DNA from: Phaeosaccion multiseriatum
Taxonomy: Eukaryota > Protista > Ochrophyta, other classes
Assembly: GCA_965112735.1 (NCBI GenBank)
Contig: OZ218965.1
Coordinates: forward strand, 1,116,001-1,180,000
Length of the DNA stretch: 64,000 bases
Direction of reading: 5' to 3'
The stretch's first letter is position 1; the number at the start of each line of letters is the position of its first letter. The notes beneath the pieces are model-generated. The model did not search any database, was not told where the DNA came from, and saw only the letters and a list, made by a program, of their open reading frames with translations. The translations under genes and the position numbers were made by a program. Positions 48,566 through 61,795 of the stretch are shown here, piece by piece.

Positions 48566-51500
48566 ATGCTTCACGTGAGGGGGGGCCTGGGCAGGGCCAC
48601 GCACCGACTGCCTGCCCTCTTCGGGAGGCCGTGTGTTATAGCACGCAGCCGAAGGAGAAGGCGAGGGAGTAGCAGCAGCGGCGGCGGTGACGGTGTCGTG
48701 CCTTCCCCCCCAGTCGGGCGGAGCTTCGCGTCCTCCTCCTCGAGGAGCAGTAGCGGCGGCATCACACGCAGCAGCACTGTTGGCTTCATCGGATGCGGTA
48801 ACATGGGTGAGAGATCATCACTGGTGTGGCTTACGGTCGGATCTGAAATCCCTCTGATCTCTCTCTGACACAAAAACACTCTCACCTTCCCTTCCGTTCC
48901 CTTCCCTTCCCTTCTGCCTGCCTGCCTGCCTGCCTGCCTGCATATTCCGGCAGGCTACCACATGTGCAAGAGCCTCATTCTGAGCAAGGAGAAGGTCCTT
49001 GTGTACGACGGTGAGCAGTCAGTGCCACGCTCGTCCAGTTTTTATGCGTCCTTTCTCCCATTCATGGATGCCCACCTCGTCCCTCTTCCCCTCCCATCTG
49101 CTGGTACCTGATGCCTCACGCCCTCTCCCCTCTGCCTTCCTGCCTCAGCGGACCTAAGCAAGACGGAGGAGCTGCAGCAGCTTGGAGAGGAGGGACAGGC
49201 GAGTAGTCAATTGTGGATGACAGGCCCCCCTGCGTGCACTTGCCTCTCTCTTGTTCCTTCACCTGCCTCTACTACTAACCCAAAGGAGCGCCCCCTTATT
49301 CCCTTCTTCTTGCTGCTGATCTGCTTGTTTCCTGGCGTGTGTACTTTCTGACTGCCTCCCTGACTGACTGCCTCCCTCCCTCCCTGCCTGCCTGCCTCTC
49401 CCCACCTCCCTGTACCACCAACTGCTGCAGGTCCGCATCGCCCAATCCGTGCCGGAGGTGGCCCAACTGTGCGGCACTGTGGTGACTATGCTTCCCTCCT
49501 CCCCGCACGTCAGGGACGTCTACCTTGACGGGGGGGGGGGGCTGCTGAACTTCGTGCAGGTGCGTGCATGCATGGAGGTTCATTGACTTAGAGGAGTGAG
49601 CCCAAGCATAAGTAGTTGTGTGTATGCGTGTTTGTTTGTGTGTTTGTTTGCTTGTGTATGTGTGTGTGAGAGTGGATCGATCCAACCTCCCTCTCTCTCT
49701 CTCTCTCTCTCTCCCTCTACCCCTCACCCGCCCTCAACTCCTCTGCTGTGAGCCCCCCCACCCAACGCCCTTTTTGTTCCTTTTACCTCTGCTCTGCCCG
49801 CATCGCACGGTTCTGCTCTCCACTACCCATATGCCCGTATGCCTCTGCCCACATATCTCCGTGCTCTGCGTGTATGCCTGTGTCTGACCTTACAGGCGTC
49901 TGCCCTGCTCATCGACTGCAGCACCATTGACCCCTCCACCAGCAGGCAAGTCGGCAAGGCCCCCCGGGGGGGGGGGGAGCAGGAAGGGGCTCTGCTCAAT
50001 CCGAAGGGGACTTGACGACTCTTGTTCCTCCGATGTGATCTTTCTCTCCCTCACACGCACACGCACACACACACTCTCTCTCTCCCTCTGTGTGTGTGTG
50101 TGTGTGTGCGTGTCTGTCGCTGTCTCTCTTCCTCCTACCCCCTCTCACACGCTCCCTCTCTCTGCCCCCTTCCCTCCATCTCCCTCTATCCTTCTTTCCC
50201 TGGTCCCAGGGCTGTGTCTGGAGAGGCTACGAAAGCCGGTGCCGTGATGATCGACGCACCCGTGTCGGGAGGTAAGTAAGAGGTGTCAGGAGCTGTGGAG
50301 AGGGCAGAGGGGGCAGGAGGTCGCGTTCCTCCTGGCGGGGCATGCAATACTACTCCCTCTCACTCACTCTCTTATACTTCCACTCCGTCCCTCCCTCCGT
50401 CCCTCCTCCTTTACTTACGCTCCGTCCCTTCCTCCGTCCCTCCACCCCCCCCTCCCTCTTACGATAATGCCCGTCCTATCCTATGGGGTGGCAGGTGTAC
50501 CGGCTGCCAAAGGCGGCACACTGACCTTCATCGTGGGTGGGGAGGCGTCCTCCGTGGAGCAAGCGTCACCCCTGCTGCACAAGATGGGAAAGGTCAGGCC
50601 GTATGCTGTCAGACCCAGGGGTGGAGTGTTCTGTGGTGGAGGAGGGGTCCTCTAACATGAAGGGAGGTCTGTGTGGTAGGGCCATTCATTGACTTCAAAG
50701 GCATCACCTCAGCACAACGTATGTGTGTATGTGGGTGTGTGGGTGTGTGGTAGGGTAGGGTAGAGTAAGGGCGGCTCTTTTGGTAAACCCAGCTGCTGGG
50801 GCAGTCGTATCACCAACTGCTGTGGCTGGCTGAAGAGAGAGTCATTTCATTCTTTGATGTACAGGAGGTGGTGCACTGCGGCCCCCCCGGGAGCGGTAGC
50901 GTCGCCAAGCTGTGCAACAACCTCGCCCTCGGAGTGTCCATGGTAAGCAGGGGGGTGGGGGGTGACATACGTGTTGACTTTCTCACTGGCAAGCACAAGC
51001 CCCGACCTCATCACCCCCCCCCCCTTTCCCCCTATCCTCGCACCCTGCTGCCATGCTACCATGCTGCCATATTGGTACACCGCTGCCGCAGATCGGCATC
51101 TGTGAGGCCATGAACCTTGGCGTGGAGCAGGGGGTGAGTGACCCGTCGAACCTCCCCACGAGAAGGGGATGGCAGTCGATGATAGCTGGGTTTGCGTGTG
51201 TGTGTACGTGGTGTGTGTGTATACGTGTGTGCGTGTGCGTGTGTCTGCCTCTCTCTCTCTCTGTGCGTGTGGGTATACCTCATTCTGCTTGTCCCCCACA
51301 CACACCCATCCCCGGCCTGACCACGGATCACCGCTGCACGTACCCTCCATCCCGCTTTTCTCTCTCTCCCCTTCCCTCTGCCCATACGCCTGTCCACATT
51401 GGTCTCCCTCTCTCTTTAGAAAACAATACTCTAATCTCTCTCCCTCTCCCCCCCTCTGCTTGTATGCCTCTAGCTGGACCCCTTGTTGCTGGCTGCTGTG

Positions 51501-52164
51501 CTGAACTCGTCCACCGGGCAATGTTGGGCCTCCTCCAGTTACAACCCCTGGCCAGGTGTGACGCACTAAGCCAACAAGGGCAGTAAATGAACAAGTTCAA
51601 AGGGGCACTAAATGCATTATGACGTGTCAGAGTCTCCGTTTCAATTTCAGTGCTTGGTGCCTTACGCCTGACACCTCTCTCCTCTCTCCTCTCTCCTCTC
51701 TCCTCTCCATTCTCTCCCCTCTCTCCTCTCCATTCTCTCCCCTCTCTCCTCTTTCCTCTTTCCTCTCTCCTCTCCTCTCTCTCATCTTCCCTCTCTCTCC
51801 TCTCTCCTCTCTCCTCTCCTCTCCATTCTCTCTCCTCTCTCCTCTCTCCTCTCTCCTCCCTCCTCTCTCCTCTCTCCTCTCTCCTCTTTCCTCTCTCCTC
51901 TCTCTCCTCTCTCCTCTTTCCTCTCTCTCCTCTCTCCTCTCTCTCCTCTGCTGAATCTTTCTGTGTTCCTCTGATGGCAGGTGTGATGGAAGGGGTTCCC
52001 TCTGCCAAAGGCTATGAGGGGGGCTTCTCAGCGGCACTGATGGAGAAGGTGAGGAGGGGAGATGGAAGCATATGGGCAGTGAGGCAGTGAGGCGGAGAGC
52101 CCTCCCGTGTCTGTACCTCTCTCCGTCGCTCCTCCTCTCTCTTCCTCTCCCCCTTTCTCTTGCG

Positions 52165-52235
<71 letters not shown>

Positions 52236-52754
52236 TCCCCCTTTGTCTTGCGCTCTCTCTCTCCTCTCCCTCACTCCCTCTCTCGCTCCCTCTCTCCCTC
52301 CCCCTTTCTCTCTCTCTCCACCGTCCCCCCCCCCCCCCTATCTCTCTCTCCGACCACTCCTTCCCTCGCATCCCTCAGGACTTGCACCTGGCTCTGCAGG
52401 CTGCACGGGATAGTCAGGTGTGTTCCTCCCCCCCACCCCCATCCACTGCCATCCCCTCCCTGCCATCCACTGCCATTCCCTCCCTGCCATCCACTACCAT
52501 CCCCTCCCTGCCATCCACTGCCATTCCCTGCCTGCCATCCACTGCCACCGCCTCCCTGCCAATATATGATGCGCACAAGGAGCAGCGTAGGCACCTTAAT
52601 GCTCAATCCTCTCGCCTTCCTTGCCTACCTCACCGCCTACCTCACCGCCTACCTCACCGCCTACCTCACCGCCTGGCAGACCGCCTGACTGAGTGACTGA
52701 CTGACTGACTGACTGACTGACTGACTGACTGACTGACTGACTGACTGACTGACT

Positions 52755-52796
<42 letters not shown>

Positions 52797-53177
52797 TACC
52801 CCCTTGGGTGCCTGCATGTAGGTGGTGCTGCCTCTTGGGGCGCTCTCGCACGAGCTCTACACTCTCATGGCGAGGCAAGGACGAGGTGCGTGCGTGCGTG
52901 CGTGCGTGCGTGTGTGCGTGCGAGCATCGAGTCAGCATCTCTCCTGGTACCCATCGCTTCTCACGTGCCCACGCACCCACTTACTTACGTACTTCTACTT
53001 ACTTTTGACTTCCTTTCTTCCTTCCTTCCTTCCTTTCTGACCTTACTCACTTACCTACTTCCTTCATTCTTTCTTTCTTTCTTTCTTTCCTTCCTTCCTT
53101 CCTTCCTTCCTTCCTTCCTTCCTTCCTTCCTTCCTTCCTTCCTTCCTTCCTTCCTTCCTTCCTTCCTTCCTTCCTTC

Positions 53178-53208
<31 letters not shown>

Positions 53209-53367
53209 CCTTCCTTCCTTGCTCACGTACTTGTTTGTATAGGCAACTTGGACTTCTCGGGCATCCTTGAGACCATTCAGGCCCGCACCGCCCCAGGGGG
53301 GGGGGGTCCCGGGGGTGATGAGGACATCCCCGTTGGGGAGGGGGAGACGGGATCTCGCCTCATTTGA
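48566..53367 (+). CDS. HIBADH: 3-hydroxyisobutyrate dehydrogenase, mitochondrial-type presequence, multi-exon
   Basis: VGFIGCGNMGYHM, VVTMLPSSPHV, IDCSTIDP, DAPVSGGVPAAKGGTLTFIVGG, HCGPPGSGSVAKLCNNL, EAMNLG, LNSSTGQCWASSSYNPWPG, YEGGFSAALMEKDL, LPLG, DFSGI. Confidence 0.95.
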
Positions 53368-54372
53368 TCATTTCAGGCTGGGGGCGAAGAGGACAGAGGG
53401 GAGATCAGAGGAGATGAAAGAGCGGCAGAGGCCCATGATAAGGCAGCAGCAGACGCACAGCCGACCGGCACGGGTAGAGGGTGGGTGCATGTGGGTGGGT
53501 GCGTGCGTGGATGGGTGCGTGGGTGGGTGTGTATAGATGGGTAGAAAGGTGGTGTATGAATGGGCGTGTGGTGTATGGACGTATGAGTGTGTGGGTGGGC
53601 TCGGTCCCAGACAAGCTTCGCAAACTCAAAACAGGAAGCTGGAAAAGTGTTTGCGCCGGAAGCTGTGGAGCTTATCGGGAGCAGTGTGGGCGGCTGGGTA
53701 TGTGGATGCGTGGATGGTCGGGTGGGTAGGTGTAGCTATGGGTGGTTGTGGATGCGAGTGTGCCTGCGTGTAGACGTGTAAGGGTGGAAGGAAGATCGGT
53801 CGTCATTGTTTTGATGTTCTTCAGCCCCTTTCCTATTAAATCAAACGTATCATCAGCAGGGGGGTCACAGACGGGCAAAAGCACGACGTATCACTCGCCA
53901 CTCGCTTCCAAAGACGGAGGGCGTAATGCTGTAGAGCGTTTTGGAGGCTGTAAATAGATTCACATGTGCATTCTGCCGCATAGCGGCGTTACGGAAAAGA
54001 CCGGGTCCGGGGAATAGCCCATATGCCTTTTCCCCAGGGGGTCCCGTATTTACTCAAACCCTCTCCCTACCTTCCCCTTATTATTAGAAGGGAGATAAAG
54101 TATCCCCCACTTCTCTCCAGGTGTTCATTCTTTTTCTCCATTCACTGTCTCTTCCTCCTACTACTGCTGCTGTAATTTACCACCAACGCAAGACCAGGGA
54201 GCCCGAGCTCTCTCGAAAACAAGCTGCTGGATTTGGCGTTGAGCGAGGGGGAGAGACGTAAAGGGGGAAAAAGAGCCTACACTTCGGGCAAGCGTGGGGA
54301 TTTTTCGGGCAAGGTTGGGGAGGAAAAGAAGGAGGAAGGGAGAGGGAGGAGGACTGAGCTCCACAACTCATC

Positions 54373-57300
54373 ATGGACACGCCAATGGCAGGGGGCCCGC
54401 CCACAGGGCTCCCGCCGCCAAACCGCACTGTGCCAGACGGAGTCTTCATGAAAGGGACGCTCAAGCGGGACTCGGAGGGCTATGTGGCCTTTGAGGGCGA
54501 CTGGGCGCTCAATCAGAGGACGTATAAGACGGGCGGAGTCAGAAGCTCCTTCCGCTTCATAGGGGTTGAAAGATCAAAGGTAAGAGGGAAGGGAGAGGAA
54601 GGAGCGATGAGACATAGAGGGACGGTGATGAGGCTGAGGAGGCAAGGAGAAGGGAAGGGAAGATGCGATGGGACAGGGAAAGTGGGGAGGACGAAGGGAG
54701 GGAAGAGAAAGGGCTGGAGAAAGGAGTTGAGTAAAGCAACGGAGTAGAGGAGGAGAAGAAGGAAGAATGTGAGCTGGAGGCTCGTGTCTGAAGCGGCCGA
54801 GGCAAAGCAGTAGATGAGAGCAGAGCAGCAAGGGCCGTGGGACTCTTGCAGCAGTAGATGCGAGGTGCGGAGTGGAGCAAGCAAGCTGTGCTGGCTGTAT
54901 CCCCAACTGCTGTGCCGTACCGTGCTGTGCTGTGCTATGCTATGCAGAGTGGGCTATTCCAAGATGGCAAGTTCGAGGGCGCCTTCATGATGGTCAAGGA
55001 GGGCCAGCAAGTCAAGGTCACAGACACGAGTGTACTCCGCTTCCAGGAGCACAGGTGCGGCCCCTTGGGCGGATCGGGGAGAATAAGGGACTCACTCACC
55101 GGCTCTTCTCACCCGCTCTTATTATCTCACTTACTTACTTACTTCCTTACCCACTCTCAGTCTCTCCATCATCCACTCACTCACCCACTCACTCACTCAA
55201 TCACTCACTCACCCACTCCCTTTCCTCCCCCCTCCCTCCCTCCTGCCCTCCCCCCCCCCCCCTCTGCTGTGCTGCCCGCCCGCCCGCTTGAAACAACACC
55301 AGCAACAAAGGCTACAACGTGGATGGCACCGCCTCCAACATCTACGGCACATTCAACATCACGGGGGTGGCTGTCCCTGGCTCGGGCGCAATGTTCGTCT
55401 ACCGAACTACGGCTCCGGTTGGTGCCGGTGCTGCAGGCGCGGCCCCTTCCGCTGGGAGCAGAGGGACAGCAGTCTCCGCCGCTGCAGCTCAGTCCCGGGG
55501 GGGTACCGCCTCTGCCACCTCTGTGCTGGGGGGTCGAGCGGCCGTGGCGTCCCCCTCGGGAGGTGCCCCGGGGGGAGCCAAGAAGAAGTCAGGGGGCGGG
55601 GGCGGAGGAGGAGGAGGAGGAGGAGGAGGAGGAGGGGGAGCGAGAGCAAGAGGGGGTGGGGGGTCGTTGGTGCCGCAGCCGCTGACGCAGGCGGGAGCGG
55701 CTGCACTTCAAGCGCTGCAGGCTCAGCCCGCGCAGCTTAAGGCATGGTGCACGGGGCTGCTTAACGATATCACGAAGCTCCGTGAGGCCACCTGGTTCGC
55801 GTCGCCAGGTGAGACGGCCACACACACAGAGAGAGAGAGAGGGAGAGAGAGCAGGAGATGGAGAGTGGGAGAGAGTACGAGAGAGAGGGGGTGGAGCGGA
55901 GAGAGTGTCAGCAATGGTGGCAAGCGCCGCGTCGGGGTGTTGGCTGCCCCCCCCCCACTCACTGCTGTAGTGATGGTGGGGAGCAGTGACGCCCTGCCAT
56001 TGGAAGGTAGTCTCCTCTCTCTCCAAGTGCTCGTCTCTCTTACCTCTCCCTTCACTTCCTCTCTCCCCACCCCGCCCCTTCTCTCTGCCCCTCTTACCAT
56101 TCTCCTCCCCACTCCCTCCCGTTTCCACCCCCCTCCTCTCCCACCACCCACTCCCGCCGAAACTGCCAAAACCTTTCGTAACATGAAACTGTCGAATCCG
56201 CCGCCCACCCATCCCACTCGTCGCCATTGCCAGTGGTGGCCGGGCCGGGTGTACCGGGCTACTTCGAGAAGGTGAAGCGGCCCATGGACCACGGCACCAT
56301 GCGCCAGAAGCTCGACAGCGCTGCCTCATACCCCAGCGCGGAATCCTTCTTGGCGGACCTCCGTCTCACCATCAACAACGCGCTGCTCTACAACACCGTC
56401 AAGGGCACACAGGTTCGTGTGTGTGTGCGTGTGTGTATGTGTGTGTGTGTGCGTGTGGGCATACGTAAGTATGTATGTGTACGTGCGCCGCCGGTGTGCT
56501 GTGCTTTTTCATGGTTTTACCGTGGGAGGCCTCGGAGGCATCGCGGAGGCATCACGGAGGCATCAGGAGATTTGTGGACATTTGTACCAGCAGTACTGCA
56601 AAACGCAAACAGAGGGGAGAGGTGGTCGAGGGAGTCAGGTGCACACTCAAACTCTGGTGGCACCAACCATGCAGACCATTTCATGTGCCTCCCACAAATA
56701 TACTCAAATCACCATGCGAATGTGCTTTTGTACCTCCCCTCCCCTCTTCTCTCTTTGTCATTTGTGAAGGTGTATGCCGACTGCCGGAGCTTCTTCAAGT
56801 CGCAGGAGAAGAAGATTCAGGCGGCTGTCAAGGCGGAAGTGAAGCGGGCAGAGAAGAGCAGAGCAGCGGCCGGCTTTGGCTACGGGGGAGGGGGGGTGGC
56901 GGCTCGACCTGGGGCAGGAGTAGGAGCCGCAGGGAAAGGAGGCGGAGCAGGGCTGGGGGGAGGAGCCAAGGGACAGGGGCAGCGGCCGGGAGCGCTGAAA
57001 GCAGGGGGGGCTGGAGGCGCCGCCGCAGGAGCTCCTTACGGAGGGGGTGAGGCAGGATCATTGGCACCATTGACTCCTGCCGTACCACTGCCTCCGACAA
57101 CGGGCGATCAGGAAGGCCTCGCGAAGGACCTGAATGATCTGTTTGACAAGCGCAATAAGGCGACAGAGGAGGTGGACCGGGCCTACGCCTGGGCCGTGTG
57201 GAAGGTGCTGATGAGCCGGGCGCCCGAGCACAAGTCGAGGCGGGTGGGAGAGGAGGTGGAGATTGAGGCAGACTCCATCTCGCCGTTGGACTTTTGGCAA

Positions 57301-58431
57301 GTACGGGACTTGCTCGACCGCCACCGGAACCACCAGGCGGCCAAGCTGGAGGGAGGAGACACAGCGCAAGCCGCTGCTTCCGCTGAGGCTGCTACTACTC
57401 CTGCTGCTGCTGCTGCTGCAGTGAGTGCCAGTGTCGCTGTCGCGTCCGTCACCTCGGCCGGTTCAGGGTCAGTCGCAGCTGCTTCCACGGAGGGTGACAA
57501 GGCTGGAGCGACGCTCTACAAGCCGAAGGAAGAGAGAAGGGAGGGGGCGAAGCAGGAGGGTGGGGAGGGGCCGATGGGCAAGAAGAGGCCAAGACCGATG
57601 GAGGGGGCTCCTCCCGCTGCCGCTGCGTCTGTTGCTGCCGCCGTTGCTGCCGCTGCTGCTGGTGGTGGTGGTGGTGGTGGTGCGGGTGCTGAGGCAGACG
57701 GAGCAAGCACCTCAGAGGATGAGGACAGCGACTATGAAGAGAGAGAAGGGGGTGCGGAGAAGAGGGCGAAACTGAGCGGGGTCGGGGCTGGGGCCTCAGC
57801 CGCGAAATCTGCTGCGGCTGGTGGTGGTCCAGCTACTGGTGGGGAGGGCGGTGAGGATGCGGACGGTGATGCGGAGATGAAGGACAAGGAGGGCAAGGGA
57901 AGCGAAGGCGAAGAAGGACACGCGGAGAAGGCAGAGAAGAAGGACAGTGCGGCAGCAGCCATTCACGTGCTAGACACTTCGTCCACAGCCTTCAATGTCG
58001 AGGTCAACATTGGGGCGGATTTGGACGACGCGGATGCGGCCGGCGAAGAGGGGTCGGGCGAAGGATCAGGGGACATGGAGGACGGAGGAGACGACGGCCC
58101 TTCTGACTGGGACTCTGCTCGGCGGGAGAAGCAAGAGAGGCACCGGAGGGAGAAGGAGAGGAGCGAGCAGGAGGCGCAGGAAGCGGAGAATAGGATAAAG
58201 CTGGGGGCAGCGCGGGCGGCGCAGCTGAGCGAAGCCGCAGAGAAGATGAAGAAGGACAAGCAGGAGGAGGAGAAGAGGGAGAAGGAGGAGGCGGAGAGGA
58301 GAAAGAAGGAGGCCCAGGACAAGATCGAGGCCGAGAGAGAGCAGAAGAGGAAGGAGCGCGAGGGGCGCGTGCAGGCCGTGGATCTGGACGAGGTGCGGAG
58401 AGACGGCGATCTCATGGACCTCATGGGTTAA
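54373..58431 (+). CDS. Bromodomain protein, BET/GTE-like (bromodomain, ET-like motif, charged C-terminal tail)
   Basis: WFASP|V...PGYFEKVKRPMDHGTMRQKL..YPSAESFLADLRLTINNALLYN; EVEIEADSISPLDFWQV (ET-like); coiled-coil tail ending AVDLDEVRRDGDLMDLMG. Confidence 0.85.
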
Positions 58432-59020
58432 TGGGTTAATGGGTTAACGGCTTAGGTTACTGTACTAGAGGGTCGTTAGTACGATAGGGGCGTCTACGTT
58501 GCAAGGTGGAGTTGAGGTGTTCCTTCCACTGTGAGTGTGAGTGGTGGTGCTGCCCCACTATTGCTATTGCATGCGCTCCTCCAGAGCGTTTGGAGTGGAG
58601 CAGGGCAGAGCATTGCGGCCCTGGCTTTGGGGAAGGCGCCCACCCGCCCGTGCAGAGCAGCGAGGCAAGCGGAATGGGCCAGGCCTTGTGAGGGGGTACG
58701 TGATTAGGGTTAAGGCAATAAAGAACTCACACCATGACACGATCTACTTCCTGTTTGGCGCTCTCCGCGGGGGGTTGAATAAGGGCAGCAGTAGAAGATG
58801 AGAAAGGGGAAGGGCGTTCCAAATAAGTCATTGGAGAGGGGCCCTTCCCTCTCCAACTTGTCTATGTTTTATGCTATATGGTATGCACTGATTCGGCTGG
58901 AGGAAGAAGCACACTTCTTACAAAGAGAGAAGGGCTGAAGTGAAGCCCCTTTCTATGGCACCGTGTGCGAAACAAGACGGTGCTTGACGAAGGAGGGGCC
59001 GCGTTGTCTGCCCTGGTCAC

Positions 59021-60106
59021 TCAGTCCTCGCACTCACAGGGGTGACCATTGTCGTGCACCCACTGCTTCATCTCCTCAAAGGCGGCAGGGGGCATATCCC
59101 ATCCAGGAATCACTTCTTGAAGGAACTGTGGGCATGCCCACTCGTCCCAGGGACTCATGACCTCCTCCGAGCGGAGCCACTTCAGGACAGAGAGGCTCTC
59201 ACGGCTATAAACTGCTTCATAACAGACATCTTCATCCCACGTGCACAGCTCCCGTGCGTTTGCATGCAGCCACTGCAGCACTTCCAGATTGCCTTCCCCG
59301 GCCGCCCAGAGAGCCCCGCACCTCCACCCGCTGTCCCCCTCAGCCGCCTCCATCTCAGCTCTGACCTTCGGATGATGCAAAAGCATGCCCAACGCTCGAA
59401 TATGCCCCGCCATTACAGCCCCCGACCACATAAAGGAGTCAGGAGGGCCCTCAAACTCGTCGGACAGCAGCCACGTAAGAACCTCCACATTGCCGCACTT
59501 GCCAGCTTCGCGACAAGTAAGGCTCTGATCCCACGGGCACCGCTCCTTGTTGGGCAGGTCCTCCGCTCGCAGCCATTGGAGGATGCTCAGTGCGTGCCTT
59601 TCATTCCTCACCGCAACCTTGGATACGGTCAAACCCCAGGCTCACCCCATGCTGTGAAGAGCCTTGCAAATACGCAAGTCTCCGTACTGTGCCGCAGCCT
59701 CAAAAGTGTTCACACTCAGCTCACACCCGTACGTCCTGGCCCACCTCAAACGCTCCTCAGACTCAACCACACTCCTGATCCGGGTTGTCTTGGCCCAATG
59801 AAGACGTCTGTAGTGCTCCTTCCACTCCTTGCTCACCGCCGCTACGAACAAGTCGTGCCCACCACCAGTCCACTCCATCACGCTACGGAGCATTACAGCC
59901 GGGGCCAGAGCCTCTTCACAAGCTTCGAAGGTCTGAGCATCGCTTCCCTCGCCTCCAGCAAGGGCAGCGGGACCGGGAGTAGGTGTTGAAGCGGCACCGG
60001 CACCACCGCTTCCATGCAAAGTCAGACATACTTCCCCTGCCGAGGAGTCGGTGGGTGGAGCTGGCTGGAGCCTTTTGCCGCCATGCTTTCGGCTCGGTCC
60101 GTCCAT
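59021..60106 (-). pseudogene. Intronless F-box-like/ankyrin-type repeat gene copy 1, with an in-frame TGA at 59642-59644
   Basis: ORFs 59642-60106 and 59021-59632 are in the same frame and together align to the 62917 copy; ATG GGG TGA GCC TGG here vs ATG GGG TGT ACC TGG there. Confidence 0.75.
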
Positions 60107-60769
60107 GTCTTCCGCGGTCCCACTCTAGATGACTGCTTGACACTTATGATGCGCGGTGCAGGGCAGGTGATGGGGGGGAAGAAGCCCTTTAGCTTTCCTC
60201 AGCGAAGCCTGGCATGACGAGAGAAGGGAAGGGGCAGGAGGAACGACAGGACGGAAATGACACGCGGTGTGAGGAAAAGGCGGCATCGGTACCTCCCCTG
60301 CTGTTGGGCCTTTGCCGACACCCCCCCCCCGAAGAGCCGAAGAGTGTGGAGGGCAAGTTTACTTCAATGGAGTCGATCACCATCTCCCCGCACCGCCTCG
60401 ACTGCTCTAAGCCTCCTCCAGCCTGCACTCTTCAGCGCCACACTCCTACCTGCAGCTTGGTGGAAAATGGTGCGTGGAGAGTGAGTTGAGAGGGATACAA
60501 GGCAAGTTGGTCGTTCAGCGTCGGCCTGGTAGTCGAGCTCTGTGGTCGCCACACCACACACACCCACACACACACACACTTTCACACTTTCAGTTTCTTA
60601 GGTGATTCCTATTAAGTCAATAAAGTTTTCCACCCGAAGAGACGGAGCGAGCGCGGGGCCGGCGCAAACAAGGCCGCCATTGCTGCATGATGGCACAGAG
60701 AAGGTGGGGCCATTAGTCACTTCTTTGAAGCGCTGCAGATACTTTGGCGAAGTGGGCAACACACACGCC

Positions 60770-61795
60770 ATGGCAGAGGCAGAGGATACCTCCAAGAGGC
60801 AGCGCCTGGGCACGGAGGAGGGTGTGACAAGTTATACCGCGGAGACTGCCGAGGGCGAAGGTGCTGTGCAGGAGACGTACGTGGCCAGTGCCAAGGCCCT
60901 GGGAATGGAGGAGGTCCTGCAGAAAATCATGCCCCTTGTGGGGAAGGGCCGCCACGTCTTCACCGCCACGGTATGTAGGGAATGGAAAGAGCACTACAGC
61001 ATGGCCCACCCTTCAGCCGAGACTTCCCTTCCAAGCGTGGTGGAGTCTGTCAGGTGCTTGCAGTGGGCCAAGGAGAAATGTGGGTACGAGCTGAGTGTGG
61101 GCACTTCCAGAGCGGCGGCAGAGTACGGAGATGTGAGCGTGTGCGAGGAGCTGCTTCACCGCTTGCACTGCCCCTGGGATACAATGGCCTGTAGGGCGGC
61201 TGTGAGGAATACTAGGCATGGACTGCGTATTCTCAAGTGGCTGCGATCCGAGGACCTCCCCAACAAGGAGCAAGGTCCTTGGTCACAGTATAACGTCGGG
61301 GACGAAGCTGGCTGGTGCGGCAATGTGGAGGTTCTTACGTGGCTGCTGTCCGACGAGTTTGAGGGCCCTCCTCAATGCATTATGTGGGTGGGGGCTGTGC
61401 GGGCGGGGCGCATTCGCGTGTTGGACATGCTTGTGCACCATCCGAAGTTCAGAGCAGAGATGGAGGCGGCAGGGGACCTCAGCGGGTGGAGGAATGGGGC
61501 TATATGGGCGGCCGAGCACGGCAATCTGGAAGTGCTGCAGTGGCTGCATGCAAACGCACGGGAGCTGTGCAGGTGGGATGAATGTGTCTGTTATGAAGCA
61601 GTTTTACGCGGGAAGAGCCTCCCTGTCCTGAAATGGCTCCGCTCGGAGGAGGTCATGTGTCCCTGGAACGAGTCGGCATGCCCACAGTTCCATGAAGACG
61701 AAGATGGTGATGACTGGGTTATGCCCCCTGCCGCCTTTGAGGAGATGAAGCAGTGGGTGCACGACAATGGTCACCCCTGCGAGTGCGAGGACTGA
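60770..61795 (+). CDS. Intronless F-box-like/ankyrin-type repeat protein copy 2 (inverted)
   Basis: VLQKIMPLVG..HVFTATVCREWKEHY; repeats of the CPWD..C.AA / AA..GNLEVLQWL type; ends HPCECED. Confidence 0.85.
   Translation: MAEAEDTSKRQRLGTEEGVTSYTAETAEGEGAVQETYVASAKALGMEEVLQKIMPLVGKGRHVFTATVCREWKEHYSMAHPSAETSLPSVVESVRCLQWAKEKCGYELSVGTSRAAAEYGDVSVCEELLHRLHCPWDTMACRAAVRNTRHGLRILKWLRSEDLPNKEQGPWSQYNVGDEAGWCGNVEVLTWLLSDEFEGPPQCIMWVGAVRAGRIRVLDMLVHHPKFRAEMEAAGDLSGWRNGAIWAAEHGNLEVLQWLHANARELCRWDECVCYEAVLRGKSLPVLKWLRSEEVMCPWNESACPQFHEDEDGDDWVMPPAAFEEMKQWVHDNGHPCECED

Noticed and set aside
58422-58460. (ATGGGTTA)x3 telomere-like repeat
   Set aside because: Only three copies overlapping a stop codon; local slippage
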